Virus record (IMG/VR): IMGVR_UViG_3300020048_000076
Location: 1 to 64,000 of that record
DNA from: a virus
Taxonomy: Duplodnaviria > Caudoviricetes
Strand: one strand, 5' to 3'
Length of the DNA: 64,000 nt
A program made the translations under genes and the position numbers. Positions 16,693 to 26,391 of this stretch are shown piece after piece. The notes beneath the pieces are model-generated. The model made no database searches. It was not told where the DNA came from and saw only the letters and a program-made list of their open reading frames with translations. The first letter of the stretch is position 1, and each line of letters opens with the position of its first letter.

Positions 16693-19600
16693 ATGGCTAT
16701 TATCAGCGACACATCCGGTCCGCAAGCAAGTCTCGAAGGGGGACAATGGAGGCCATCATCTTCAGTAACGGCGCCCATTGTAAATTCGGTTGAAGCTGAA
16801 CTTCAACAACGTGCGCGTGATACTAGCCAAACTGATCAACCTAAATCTGCCCCTGCCCCACAAGATACGCAATCAGCAGAAGGTTCTAGCACTGAATCAG
16901 CTGATTGGCTACGCATGGCTCGAAATGCGTTTGAAGCCTCTGATGCTTGGATGAAGCTTAACCTACGTGCTGAATGGTCAAGGAACTTACGCCATTATCA
17001 TTCTGAACACGCGGAAGGTTCCCCTATCTTATCGGATGCTAATAAACATCGCTCAAGTTACTTTTGGCCAAAGACCAGAACGCTAGTCCGAGATATCCAA
17101 GCGGCGGCCACCAGTGCCTTTTTTGCCAGCTCGGATGTCGTAGCCATAGAAGCTGAAGACCAAGATGATCAACAACAAAACGAAGCCGCCAGCTTGATGA
17201 AGGAGTTGGTTAATTACCGCTTGGCTAATTCTATCCCTTGGTATCAAATATTGTTAGGGGGCATTCAAGAAGTAGCGGTTTTAGGTATGGTCGTTTCTCA
17301 TCAATCATGGGAATACCGAGAAAAGGAAACGGTAATCGGTCAAGAACTCGATCCGTTAACCGGCGAAATGGTTGAGCTTTATACAACTGAAGTCCTTGTT
17401 GATAAACCTAGCGTCCGCATTGTACCTGCTGAAAACCTACGCATTTCACCGGCATCTGATTGGTTAGACCCGATTAACTCATCACCATACCTGATCGAAA
17501 TGATCCCTATGTTCTTGGTGGATGTTGAAACTAAGATCAGAGAAGGTAAAGACAGTAAGAACGGTGAACCTTCTTGGAAAGACATCGGTAAGAATATGTT
17601 AATGGCTGCTGGAGAAAGGGGAGATTTTGATACTACCCGAAGAGCCAGAGCCGGACAGAATCATATTGATCCTAAGTCTTATCAGATGGAATCAGTTGAT
17701 GATTTCAAAATGATTTGGATACACCGTAACATAGTACGTTACAACGGTGAAGACTGGTTATATTACACCGCCGGCACGATGCTCATGTTGTCAGAGCCAG
17801 TGTTACTGTCATCGGTTATTCCATGGGCAAATGGCAAACGCGATTATGCGTCAGGTAAGCTTGAAGTTGAAACCGATAAGGTTTACCCAAGCAGTGCAGT
17901 ATCTTTGATAGCCGGTTTGCAAAAATCTTTAAATGAAATCAAGAACCAACGGATTGATAACGTTCGTCAAGTATTGAACAGAAGATATTTATACCGTCAA
18001 GGCAGTCAAGTCGATGTTCGGGCGTTAAGTCGTAATGTCCCCGGCGGACTAATCGGTATTTCAGCACCCGGTGCGCTGGATAGCCATGTAATGCCTTTAG
18101 CGACAGCGGATGTCACCAGTTCAAGTTACCAAGAAGAAGATAGAATTAACTTGGCGGCGGATGATATATCAGGTTCTATGGCTGGTAGTACGGTTAACTC
18201 TAATCGTAAGATGAACGAGACAGTCGGCGGCATGGAGATGATGCAGTCTGCCGGCAACCGTGTTCGTGAAATGGAATTACGTACCATTACTAAAACATGG
18301 ATTGAAACGGTACTACAGCAAATCATTCAGCTTGAAGCGATGTATGAAACCGATATTACGGCAATCACTGTAGCGTCTAAGAAAGCTAAGTTGTTACAAG
18401 TATTGCCTGAGTATTTTAACCATAAGTTCTCTGTAACGGTTAACGTAGGCGCTGGCGCCGTAAGCCCTAGCCAACGTATCCAAAAGATTTCTACGGCTAT
18501 CTCAACGGTTATTCAGTTAGTACCGGATGCAGCGGCGGCAATTAACGGAAGGGAGATTGCAAAAGAGGTGTTTGGCGCAGCCGGCTATGACAACGGTGAA
18601 CGCTTCTTTGATTTTGCCAAAGCAGAAGAGATGAAAGCTAACCCACAAACTGATCCAAAAATTGAGCTGGCTCAAAAACAGTTAGAGGAAAAATCTAAGT
18701 TTGAGCAAGGTAAACTTGAAGTGGCACAAGCTAAGATTCAGTTGGAGAATGATAAGCTAACGTTGGCAATGAAAGAGATGGAAGCCAAGATCAATCTGTT
18801 GATTGCTCAAACGGCAACCACTAATGTAACGGCTGTTTACGAAGCCACTCAAGCAGCAGGGGTGATTGCTCAAAACCCAGGCATTGCACCGGTATCAGAT
18901 GAGATTCTAGCGTCTTCAGGCTTTTCTGATCATAACAAAGCACCGATTGTATCTGAAGTCACTCCACAACCCGGCATGGTACCGCCAGCAGTAATGCCAC
19001 AAGCACCTAACTATCACCCTAGCCAACCACCTTCCGGTAAAACAGGTTTGCAAGCAGGAATAGAAACACCGGAGATTGAAGCAAGAGCAGCAGGAGGACC
19101 GGTAAACGAAGGGCAACCATATCTTGTAGGGGAGAAAGGGCCAGAAGTTATTGTACCTAATCAAAGCGGAACAGTAGTTCCTAACCGTGAGGCTCCAGAT
19201 ACAGTAAAAAACGCACTAACGCTACCGGGTGACTATAGAGAACCCGTCTACGGTAGCGAGAACAAAGACAAAGCAGCGGCGGCGGCTTTGGGTTTATATA
19301 GGGGTGCAGCTGACGTTGTTCAGTATCCTGGCCAAGCGGTTAACTATTTAGCTAACAAAGCCGGATTACGCTCTGACGAAGAGGCTAAAAGTGCGCATAA
19401 CGCAATAGGGGACTTTACCGATGCACCTCCTTTTGTATCAGATGAGCAAAGAGGTAAGATGATGGATGCTGCAAGTAGGCATCCTAATTATGCAACAGGC
19501 GGTGAAATAACCACCGATGTGTTAACAGCGCAAGGTATTTTAAAACCTATTGGCAAAACTTTTCTAATGAAAAGCCCACCGCTTTTATCTAAAACAGGGC

Positions 19601-20157
19601 AACGTGCGGTTAATGCAGGAAGCCATACTGGGACTGGAGCTGCCTATGAAACGACCATAGAACCGGCAATGGATAAAGCGTTACAGCCTGAACAAAGAGC
19701 AGTTCCTAATAACTACGCGCCAGCGATAGCTGATACTGGTTTAACCCAACCTGATTTGACTCAACGCCATCTGATCAGAGATGATATGTCAGCTAAAGGT
19801 CAAGGTTTTTACGGAAACGTAAGCGGCACCAGCAATCCTGAAGCGGGAGCAGTAACGGAGTATTCGATAGGGGTAAATGTTCCAAAAGATTACCAACACA
19901 TTCCCGGTTTGAACCCCAGTACGGCTCCGCTACAGTTAGAAGGCCATCAGAAGTATTATGATGCACCCTCTATTGTTCCCGGTCTTAACCCAGAACAGTT
20001 ACAAAACATAGCAGCCGAACAAGTATCTCCAGAGTTGTACGCCAATGCAGAACGTGCAGCGGCTGATAGACAATGGCAAGGCAAACCCGTATTTGCCAAA
20101 CCAACTGAACCGGTTACTGAATACCCTAAAAAAGGAATAACCAAACGTAAAAAATAG
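16693..20157 (+). CDS. portal protein with a C-terminal extension of about 360 aa
   Basis: Position after TerL; portal-like motifs (FWPKTRTLVR, NFRISP-like NLRISP, QRIDNV, ETVGGM). Confidence 0.8.
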   Translation: MAIISDTSGPQASLEGGQWRPSSSVTAPIVNSVEAELQQRARDTSQTDQPKSAPAPQDTQSAEGSSTESADWLRMARNAFEASDAWMKLNLRAEWSRNLRHYHSEHAEGSPILSDANKHRSSYFWPKTRTLVRDIQAAATSAFFASSDVVAIEAEDQDDQQQNEAASLMKELVNYRLANSIPWYQILLGGIQEVAVLGMVVSHQSWEYREKETVIGQELDPLTGEMVELYTTEVLVDKPSVRIVPAENLRISPASDWLDPINSSPYLIEMIPMFLVDVETKIREGKDSKNGEPSWKDIGKNMLMAAGERGDFDTTRRARAGQNHIDPKSYQMESVDDFKMIWIHRNIVRYNGEDWLYYTAGTMLMLSEPVLLSSVIPWANGKRDYASGKLEVETDKVYPSSAVSLIAGLQKSLNEIKNQRIDNVRQVLNRRYLYRQGSQVDVRALSRNVPGGLIGISAPGALDSHVMPLATADVTSSSYQEEDRINLAADDISGSMAGSTVNSNRKMNETVGGMEMMQSAGNRVREMELRTITKTWIETVLQQIIQLEAMYETDITAITVASKKAKLLQVLPEYFNHKFSVTVNVGAGAVSPSQRIQKISTAISTVIQLVPDAAAAINGREIAKEVFGAAGYDNGERFFDFAKAEEMKANPQTDPKIELAQKQLEEKSKFEQGKLEVAQAKIQLENDKLTLAMKEMEAKINLLIAQTATTNVTAVYEATQAAGVIAQNPGIAPVSDEILASSGFSDHNKAPIVSEVTPQPGMVPPAVMPQAPNYHPSQPPSGKTGLQAGIETPEIEARAAGGPVNEGQPYLVGEKGPEVIVPNQSGTVVPNREAPDTVKNALTLPGDYREPVYGSENKDKAAAAALGLYRGAADVVQYPGQAVNYLANKAGLRSDEEAKSAHNAIGDFTDAPPFVSDEQRGKMMDAASRHPNYATGGEITTDVLTAQGILKPIGKTFLMKSPPLLSKTGQRAVNAGSHTGTGAAYETTIEPAMDKALQPEQRAVPNNYAPAIADTGLTQPDLTQRHLIRDDMSAKGQGFYGNVSGTSNPEAGAVTEYSIGVNVPKDYQHIPGLNPSTAPLQLEGHQKYYDAPSIVPGLNPEQLQNIAAEQVSPELYANAERAAADRQWQGKPVFAKPTEPVTEYPKKGITKRKK

Positions 20158-20166
20158 CCCCTCTAT

Positions 20167-20195
20167 GGATGCCCCTAAAAAGGCATCCTTTTTTT
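20167..20195 (+). terminator. Rho-independent terminator
   Basis: GGATGCC/GGCATCC stem followed by T7. Confidence 0.85.
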
Positions 20196-20215
20196 AATAC
20201 CATAAAAGAAAGAAA

Positions 20216-20371
20216 ATGAACGAACTATCACAAGAAGAACAAGACGACATGGTTTTATTAACGTTTAAAACTTTAAACACCACCTGTCAAAACGCTTTAG
20301 GTAATATAAGTGAAATTAAAATTGTATATGATGAATTAGGAAAAGGAAAAATAGAAACAGTATGGTTTTAG
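20216..20371 (+). CDS. small hypothetical protein (51 aa)
   Basis: MNELSQEEQDDMVLL...; not in the ORF track. Confidence 0.4.
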   Translation: MNELSQEEQDDMVLLTFKTLNTTCQNALGNISEIKIVYDELGKGKIETVWF

Positions 20372-20416
20372 AAAATAAGATTTACTAATTTAGAATATTG
20401 TAGTAAATTTACACTT

Positions 20417-20521
20417 ACGGTGTAGTAACCGTTAAATAGAAAATTAAACAAAGCTTTTTTCTTTACGTCGGTGGCGAATTTTCTAGCCATTACTACCCGA
20501 CTTAGGAGAGAAGCTTTTTTT
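20417..20521 (+). promoter_or_regulatory. structured leader/attenuator of the antirepressor gene
   Basis: Hairpin ACGGT-GTAGTA-ACCGT; nested stems GTCGG/CCGAC and TGGC/GCCA; T-tract after the stem. Confidence 0.55.
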
Positions 20522-20535
20522 ATGCGAGAAATAAA

Positions 20536-21258
20536 ATGAATGAACTTAGTTTTGAGAATATAGATGTCCGTACTGCTGATAATAACGGAGAAACATGGTT
20601 TGTTTTAAAAGACGTTTTAATTGCTATGGGAACATCAACAACGACAACAGCAGCGTTAGAATTTATAAAACAAGGACTTGGAGATGGGTATGTTTCAAAC
20701 ATACCCATAATAGATTCTATAGGCAGAACTCAAGAAGTTAATATCATCAACGACTATGCGCTAACCTTTTTGGTAGCCCAATCTAAAACTGAAAAAGGCA
20801 AACAGTTTAATCGTTGGTTACACACCGAAGTTTTACCAGCTATCCGTAAAACAGGAGGATATCAATTAAAACCTAAAACTCGATTAGAGTTAGCAAGAGA
20901 ACAACTGGTTTTAATAGAAGAAATAGATAGACAAGAAAAACTGCTAGAACTGCAAGCACCGAAAGTTGAAATAGCTAATGCTTTGATTGCTGACGCGAAG
21001 CTATTATCTATCTCAGAAGCCTTAGCGCATTACAGTATAAACAGAAAAGCTGGTTTTGAATTGCTAAAACTAAGTAAATGGATTTATAAAAAAGAGCAAT
21101 ACGACAATGTTAAGACCTCTATTTGGCTACCAACAGAATTGGCTAGAAAGAATGAGTGGTTAATCTTAAAACAACGTGTTGATGAGCGAAACATATTAAG
21201 ACCTCAAGCGTTAGTGACAGCTTTGGGTTTAACAGAAATGCGCAAACTGTTTTATTAG
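20536..21258 (+). CDS. Bro-N antirepressor-like protein with KilAC-like C-terminus
   Basis: TWFVLKDVL, FNRWLHTEVLPAIRKTGGY, LQAPKVEIANALI. Confidence 0.88.
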   Translation: MNELSFENIDVRTADNNGETWFVLKDVLIAMGTSTTTTAALEFIKQGLGDGYVSNIPIIDSIGRTQEVNIINDYALTFLVAQSKTEKGKQFNRWLHTEVLPAIRKTGGYQLKPKTRLELAREQLVLIEEIDRQEKLLELQAPKVEIANALIADAKLLSISEALAHYSINRKAGFELLKLSKWIYKKEQYDNVKTSIWLPTELARKNEWLILKQRVDERNILRPQALVTALGLTEMRKLFY

Positions 21259-21284
21259 TTTGCTTTTTATATAGAGGTTAAAAA

Positions 21285-21590
21285 ATGAACCAAGAAGTTA
21301 ATCAATACAGTAATGACCCCTCTTTTAAAGCCGTTGCACTTGGTTTAGACACCGAACGGTTTATAGCAGATAGCAAAATAGGTGTTTATTTGGTAGAAAG
21401 GGCGCACCAATGCCGAATTAACGCCCTAGAACAGCTGGCCACCGCTAATCCAATCGATTCTGATGCCATAAGAGAGCTACAATGGGCTGCAAAAGTCCCT
21501 GATTTGTTCCTTTTGTGGCTAGATGAGGCAATTTCTACGGGAACAGCAGCGGAAGAATCAATTAGAGTAGAAGATTCATACGGAAGATAG
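21285..21590 (+). CDS. hypothetical protein
   Basis: GAGG RBS. Confidence 0.7.
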   Translation: MNQEVNQYSNDPSFKAVALGLDTERFIADSKIGVYLVERAHQCRINALEQLATANPIDSDAIRELQWAAKVPDLFLLWLDEAISTGTAAEESIRVEDSYGR

Positions 21591-21595
21591 CGGTT

Positions 21596-22312
21596 ATGAA
21601 GGAGAAAAAACTCACAGAAGAGGAAAATAGAAAAAGATCGGCTTTACAGTTGCGAGCAATTAACGAATGGAGGTCTACCTTAACAAAAGAAGAGCGACAA
21701 GAGCTTTATGCAAGGATGAAAGTCCAAAGACAAGAAAATATAAAGTCAAATGCCGAAAGAAACCGGCTTCTTGCCGTTATTGAAAACGCTAGAAAAGAAG
21801 CTGAAGCGGAATTAGCTTTGCGCCGTCAGCAAACTTCAAATCACCGAGCACAAAAGCGAATGTGGTCTTTGCAAGTCAAACATCAGCTAGTAAGACGTAA
21901 AAATTACCGGTATAACCAAGAAAGGTGGATAGAATACAAGCTGGATATGCTAGATGACAGGGAAGAATGGGCTAGGTTAAGAAGATGGATGCGGGAAAGG
22001 AAATTTGATAAGACCCTCGCCCTTGATAGAGAGCGTTTAGAGCAATTACTTGCAGAAGTAACCGGAACTACAGTTGCAGAAGGGCGTTTTTTCTCAGCTG
22101 CTATAGAAGGCGTAATCGCTAACGAGCTTAGAGACCTTAGAAAGTTTGAAATATATGGCGTTGGAACGTTAATACCTAAAATACATAATGGTAAATTTAC
22201 AGTAACTTTTGAAATAGACCCTAAACTAATACCTAAAGAGGGTGACTTTAACCCCTCTTATTTAGACGGTTTGGATAGGTATAAAGATTACCCGTTAAAA
22301 AACTTGATATAA
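21596..22312 (+). CDS. basic coiled-coil protein with C-terminal HU/IHF-like segment
   Basis: EQLLAEVTGTTVAEGRFFSAAIEGVIANELRDLRKFEIYGVGTL aligns by eye with the HU pattern ending VELRGFGTF. Confidence 0.5.
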   Translation: MKEKKLTEEENRKRSALQLRAINEWRSTLTKEERQELYARMKVQRQENIKSNAERNRLLAVIENARKEAEAELALRRQQTSNHRAQKRMWSLQVKHQLVRRKNYRYNQERWIEYKLDMLDDREEWARLRRWMRERKFDKTLALDRERLEQLLAEVTGTTVAEGRFFSAAIEGVIANELRDLRKFEIYGVGTLIPKIHNGKFTVTFEIDPKLIPKEGDFNPSYLDGLDRYKDYPLKNLI

Positions 22313-22315
22313 GGG

Positions 22316-22477
22316 TTATTTTTTACTTTTAGCGCGAGATTTAAAAATACCTTTCGCTTTATCCGCCTCCATAAAGTCTTTACCGACTGATGGAGGTATA
22401 CCCACTTTCTTTGCAAATTTTGGGTTATGAGCGGCGGCTAACATGATGTGATGTTGTTTCAAACTGGTACTTGGCAT
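22316..22477 (-). CDS. small basic phage protein (53 aa, MPSTSLKQHHIMLAAAHNPKFAKKVGIP)
   Basis: AGGAG RBS; recognisable widespread phage micro-protein pattern; not in the ORF track. Confidence 0.75.
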   Translation of the reverse strand: MPSTSLKQHHIMLAAAHNPKFAKKVGIPPSVGKDFMEADKAKGIFKSRAKSKK

Positions 22478-22541
22478 TTTAATCTCCTATAATTTTAAAG
22501 AATATAGAACAAAACCTAAGTAAAGTATATAAGTAAAAAAG

Positions 22542-22570
22542 TTGACATTAAAAAGTAATAATGTTATCAA
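22542..22570 (+). promoter_or_regulatory. putative sigma70 promoter for the scaffold-capsid operon
   Basis: TTGACA-N17-TATCAA with extended TG. Confidence 0.55.
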
Positions 22571-22623
22571 TTATCCAACGTATAGCTGTAAGGCTAGACC
22601 TTTCCCAGAGCAGGATTTCTAAC

Positions 22624-23580
22624 ATGGCCGTAAAAAATAAAGTTCCACCAGTCGATGCTAACGCCCAAGCTCGTGACAGAGCCGGTAAAAAAGTAGCTGC
22701 TAAAAGAGGTATTTCTGAAGATTTACCTAAAGAAATGCCAACAGAAGCAGAAGCACCGGCAGTAGAAGCAGAAGGCGGTATCGTTGCTGAAGCTGAAAAA
22801 GAATTAGCAATGGTAAGTGAAGAAGCTAAAGAACCAGAAGGCCAACCTGAAATGGAAGGTGAACCTGAAGGCGAAGCTGCTGCACCCGAAGCTGAAGGCG
22901 AAGCTGAAGCGTATGCTCCTGAAGGAGAAGGCGAAATGAAACCTTCTGAGCCAGAAGCTGAAAGCAAACCAACCGGTGAGTATGAACCACCTGAAGGCGC
23001 TGGCCATGAGGAATTGATTGACCAATATCACGAAGCACTAGCGTTTGGTGATCTTGATTCTGCTAAAACGTTATACAAGCAACTTCAAGAGCACCGGTAC
23101 AAAGAAAACGCGCATAAAACTGTTTCTGATGCTCAAGCTTCTAAAGATGAACAAGAGTATTTAGATACTGCTAAAGAATTAGCTGCTCTCCATCCTGAAT
23201 TGAATGTAGACGGTATTGAAGCAGACAAAGTATTAGCTTTAAAAGATATCTATTGGCAAAACGGTGATCGTGAAGCTGACGCTTTGCGTAAAGCAGTTGC
23301 TGATTTATATCCTGAAGGTTCAGCACCAACAACACCTGTTGAAGCACCGGTACCTGAAGAACCTGAAGAACCTGCTGAAGAAATGCCAATGGCAGCTGAA
23401 GCGGCTCCTGAAGCAGCAAACGTTACTGAGATGCCCGGCATGGAAGAACGTAAAGCAAGAAAACGTAATATCCCGTCTATTCCTTCAGCGTCTGCTAAAG
23501 TAGCACCGCCAGAAGAAGCACCTCAAGCAACTCGCTCAAGTGCAATAGCGGATATGAAAGCAAGACGTAACCAAGCATAA
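22624..23580 (+). CDS. capsid scaffolding protein
   Basis: Acidic E/A/P-rich protein immediately upstream of the capsid gene; ends SAIADMKARRNQA. Confidence 0.7.
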   Translation: MAVKNKVPPVDANAQARDRAGKKVAAKRGISEDLPKEMPTEAEAPAVEAEGGIVAEAEKELAMVSEEAKEPEGQPEMEGEPEGEAAAPEAEGEAEAYAPEGEGEMKPSEPEAESKPTGEYEPPEGAGHEELIDQYHEALAFGDLDSAKTLYKQLQEHRYKENAHKTVSDAQASKDEQEYLDTAKELAALHPELNVDGIEADKVLALKDIYWQNGDREADALRKAVADLYPEGSAPTTPVEAPVPEEPEEPAEEMPMAAEAAPEAANVTEMPGMEERKARKRNIPSIPSASAKVAPPEEAPQATRSSAIADMKARRNQA

Positions 23581-23666
23581 TATTTTTTTAACCTTTCGTC
23601 GAGAGGCGGAATAATCCCGTTCGGAAAGCTTAAAAAACCGAATGTAATAAGTAGGAGTAATACAAC

Positions 23667-24677
23667 ATGGCAGGACAAATATGGAGCGTCTCAGACGAGG
23701 GTGGGTATATGTGGAGTCCCAACCTTTCACAATATCTGAGATTACAAAACCTTCCCGTAGTTAAATTTAGACAGTTGTGCGATGTTAAAGAAAGCGATGC
23801 TGATGGTCGTGATCTTTTAGGTAAACACCGTGGCGATACTTGGTCTTGGAACGTTTACACTAAACTGTCTCAAAAAGGCAGAGCGTTAGACGAAACAGAA
23901 AAAATGCCAACTAGCGGTTTTAAAATCGCTCAATACTCAGCTAAAATGAGTGAGTTCGGTAACTCTGTTGAATATACCGGCAAATTGGATGATTTATCTG
24001 AGCAACCAGTAAAAGAAGTTATCCGCAAAATCCTGAAATTGGATGTTGCTGAAACTATGGATATTGCAGCTTGGACTCAATTCAACCAAACATTGTTGAA
24101 AGTATCTCCTTTATCAGGTACCAGCACTACTGCAATCGACCCTTTATCAGTTAATGGTGTACCTAGCCAAGCCAACAACGTTGCGTTCGGTAAAGGCCAT
24201 GTAGAACCTATTTCTACAATGATGAAAGAACGTGGTATCCCAGCTTATGAAAACGGCGATTACATGGCTATTGCCAGACCGTCTGCTTACATTCAGCTGA
24301 AATCTGATTTGGAAGGTATCCAAACTTATACTGAAACTGGTCTTGCTCAAATCAAGAACGGCGAAATCGGTCGTTACCGTGGTGTTCGTTTTATCGAACA
24401 AACTCACATTCCTGCTGGCGGCGCTGCTGACTCAACTACTTTCAACCCACAAACCGGTACAGCTGACGCATGGAACAATGCTAAATCTGATTGGATTTTC
24501 TTTATGGGTTCAGATACTGTTGCTGAAGGTGTTGCAATTCCTGAAGAAATCCGTGGTCAAATCCCTGGTGATTTCGGAAGAGAACGTGCTATCGCTTGGT
24601 ATGCTTTGGAAGGTTTTGGTTTGAGCCATCCAGACCAACAAAACGGAAGAATAGTAAAATGGGATTCCGCAGCATAA
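23667..24677 (+). CDS. major capsid protein (N4-gp56-like family)
   Basis: FRQLCDVK, EFGNSVEYTGKL, GEIGRYRGVRFIEQT, DFGRERAIAWY; strong codon bias. Confidence 0.88.
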   Translation: MAGQIWSVSDEGGYMWSPNLSQYLRLQNLPVVKFRQLCDVKESDADGRDLLGKHRGDTWSWNVYTKLSQKGRALDETEKMPTSGFKIAQYSAKMSEFGNSVEYTGKLDDLSEQPVKEVIRKILKLDVAETMDIAAWTQFNQTLLKVSPLSGTSTTAIDPLSVNGVPSQANNVAFGKGHVEPISTMMKERGIPAYENGDYMAIARPSAYIQLKSDLEGIQTYTETGLAQIKNGEIGRYRGVRFIEQTHIPAGGAADSTTFNPQTGTADAWNNAKSDWIFFMGSDTVAEGVAIPEEIRGQIPGDFGRERAIAWYALEGFGLSHPDQQNGRIVKWDSAA

Positions 24678-24789
24678 TCAATAACTTATGTAAATATCTT
24701 TACGATACGTGCATTTAAGCATTGAATATTTAAATTATTACTATATGCTTTGGTATTTATAAAATTAAATATTAAGGTGTGTAGTAATA

Positions 24790-25590
24790 ATGTTAAATGC
24801 AGAAAAAGAATACCTACAACTGATAGAAAAAGCTAAAAATCGAAACATAAAATGGGAACCTTTTAAATATGAGGAACACCATATTAAACCCAGATGTATG
24901 GGTGGAACAAATGATAAAAGTAATTTAGTTTTATTAACGATAAAAGAACATTTTAAAGCCCATATATTATTAGCAGATATGTACCCTGATAATAACGGAT
25001 TAGCTAATGCTTGTATTTTAATGATAAGAAGTCGCCAAGGGGAAACACTAAACCTAAATGAAGCGGCAGAAGAATTTGAGTATTTAAGGGTTAGAGCAGC
25101 AAAGTTTATTTCTAAAATACATAAAGGTCGTAAAAAAACCGATAAAGAAATAGAAAACATAAGAATTGCTCGTTTTACTGCAAAAAGCAGCGGTTTTTCT
25201 GATGAAGCTAAAGCAAATATGGCTGAATCAAGAAGAAAAACATGGGAACAACGAAGAGAAAACGGTACCGATAAAGAAGTAGCGGTTAAAACAAGAGCCA
25301 CTAGAATAGCTAACGGTAGCTACAAAATAAAAACTGAAGCTCAAATGGCGCAGTTTAAAACCATGGTTTTAAGTAGAGAACCTTGGAATAAAGGAAAAAA
25401 AGGTGTAATATCTGATGAGACTCGTCAGAAAATGAGCCTAGCTAAAAAAGGAAAACCTCCTGTTAACAAAGGTTCTGTAGGTAAAGAAGCTTGGAACAAA
25501 GGTAAGATAGGTGTTTCAGAAGAAACACGAGCTAAGATGCGAGCATCAAGGCTTAAGTATATAGAAAACAACGCTAACCCGGCAATGTAA
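24790..25590 (+). CDS. free-standing HNH homing endonuclease with NUMOD3 repeats
   Basis: EEHHIKPRCMGGTNDKSNLVLLTIKEHFKAH; SDETRQKMSLAKKGK and SEETRAKM repeats. Confidence 0.88.
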   Translation: MLNAEKEYLQLIEKAKNRNIKWEPFKYEEHHIKPRCMGGTNDKSNLVLLTIKEHFKAHILLADMYPDNNGLANACILMIRSRQGETLNLNEAAEEFEYLRVRAAKFISKIHKGRKKTDKEIENIRIARFTAKSSGFSDEAKANMAESRRKTWEQRRENGTDKEVAVKTRATRIANGSYKIKTEAQMAQFKTMVLSREPWNKGKKGVISDETRQKMSLAKKGKPPVNKGSVGKEAWNKGKIGVSEETRAKMRASRLKYIENNANPAM

Positions 25591-25681
25591 GTTTTTGGGT
25601 AACACAATGTTTACTAAGTTATAGCACTTAACAGTCATTAGACTAAAGTGTACACAAATAGATAATTTAAGGATATTTAAC

Positions 25682-26134
25682 ATGGCATCATATGCAAATC
25701 CAAAAACTGTAACCTATACTAGAACTGTTGCCGGTGCAACAACTGCTACTTGGTCAATCTCTCCTCCAATAGGTTGCACTCAATTTCGTGTTGCTGGCAT
25801 TAGTGCTTCTGTAACAACTGCTTTTGTTGGTACATCTACTCCTGCTAAACTAGGTGTTGGTGTTGCTGGTAACGTAAACGTAGCTGGTTTTATTGACTTT
25901 GGTACTGCTGCGGTACCTGCTGCTGTTAACACAGCGGTCGGTTTTAGCAGCCAATACGTCAGAGGCACAAACCCTGTTTACGGTACAGTTAATTTAACTG
26001 GTACATCTAATACTATTTCTGGAACACCTACCATTCCTGAGGTAGTTGGCCCAGCTTTGATCACTTTAACAGCTTCTACTGGTGGTTCTCCAGCTGGCGC
26101 AGCTACTGTTGATATTACTTTAGACTGGTTCTAA
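25682..26134 (+). CDS. probable virion structural/decoration protein
   Basis: T/G/A/V-rich, strong codon bias, follows the capsid gene. Confidence 0.6.
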   Translation: MASYANPKTVTYTRTVAGATTATWSISPPIGCTQFRVAGISASVTTAFVGTSTPAKLGVGVAGNVNVAGFIDFGTAAVPAAVNTAVGFSSQYVRGTNPVYGTVNLTGTSNTISGTPTIPEVVGPALITLTASTGGSPAGAATVDITLDWF

Positions 26135-26167
26135 TACAAACAACATAAAATCTTTAAGGAGATTAAC

Positions 26168-26389
26168 ATGGCAGATTATAATGCAGATGACAGCAACAAA
26201 ATGGCTGTTAACACAAGCTTTCCTAAATCAGGCTTATCAGCTGGTGTAACTGATGGTTTATCTATGGTGGAATCACTTCCACGCGGTAACGTTGAAGCAG
26301 AACAAAAAACTTCTGGTTCTATTTTCCGTCAAGATAAAGTAACTGAATCAGTATCAGGTAACGGCAAAAACTTTAACTTTTTACGTTAA
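26168..26389 (+). CDS. hypothetical protein
   Basis: AAGGAG RBS. Confidence 0.65.
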   Translation: MADYNADDSNKMAVNTSFPKSGLSAGVTDGLSMVESLPRGNVEAEQKTSGSIFRQDKVTESVSGNGKNFNFLR

Positions 26390-26391
26390 TT

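Noticed and set aside
13947-24677. Inteins or group I introns in terL, portal or capsid genes
   Set aside because: No C/S...HN splice motifs or interruptions were seen. The HNH gene at 24790 begins after the intact capsid stop codon.
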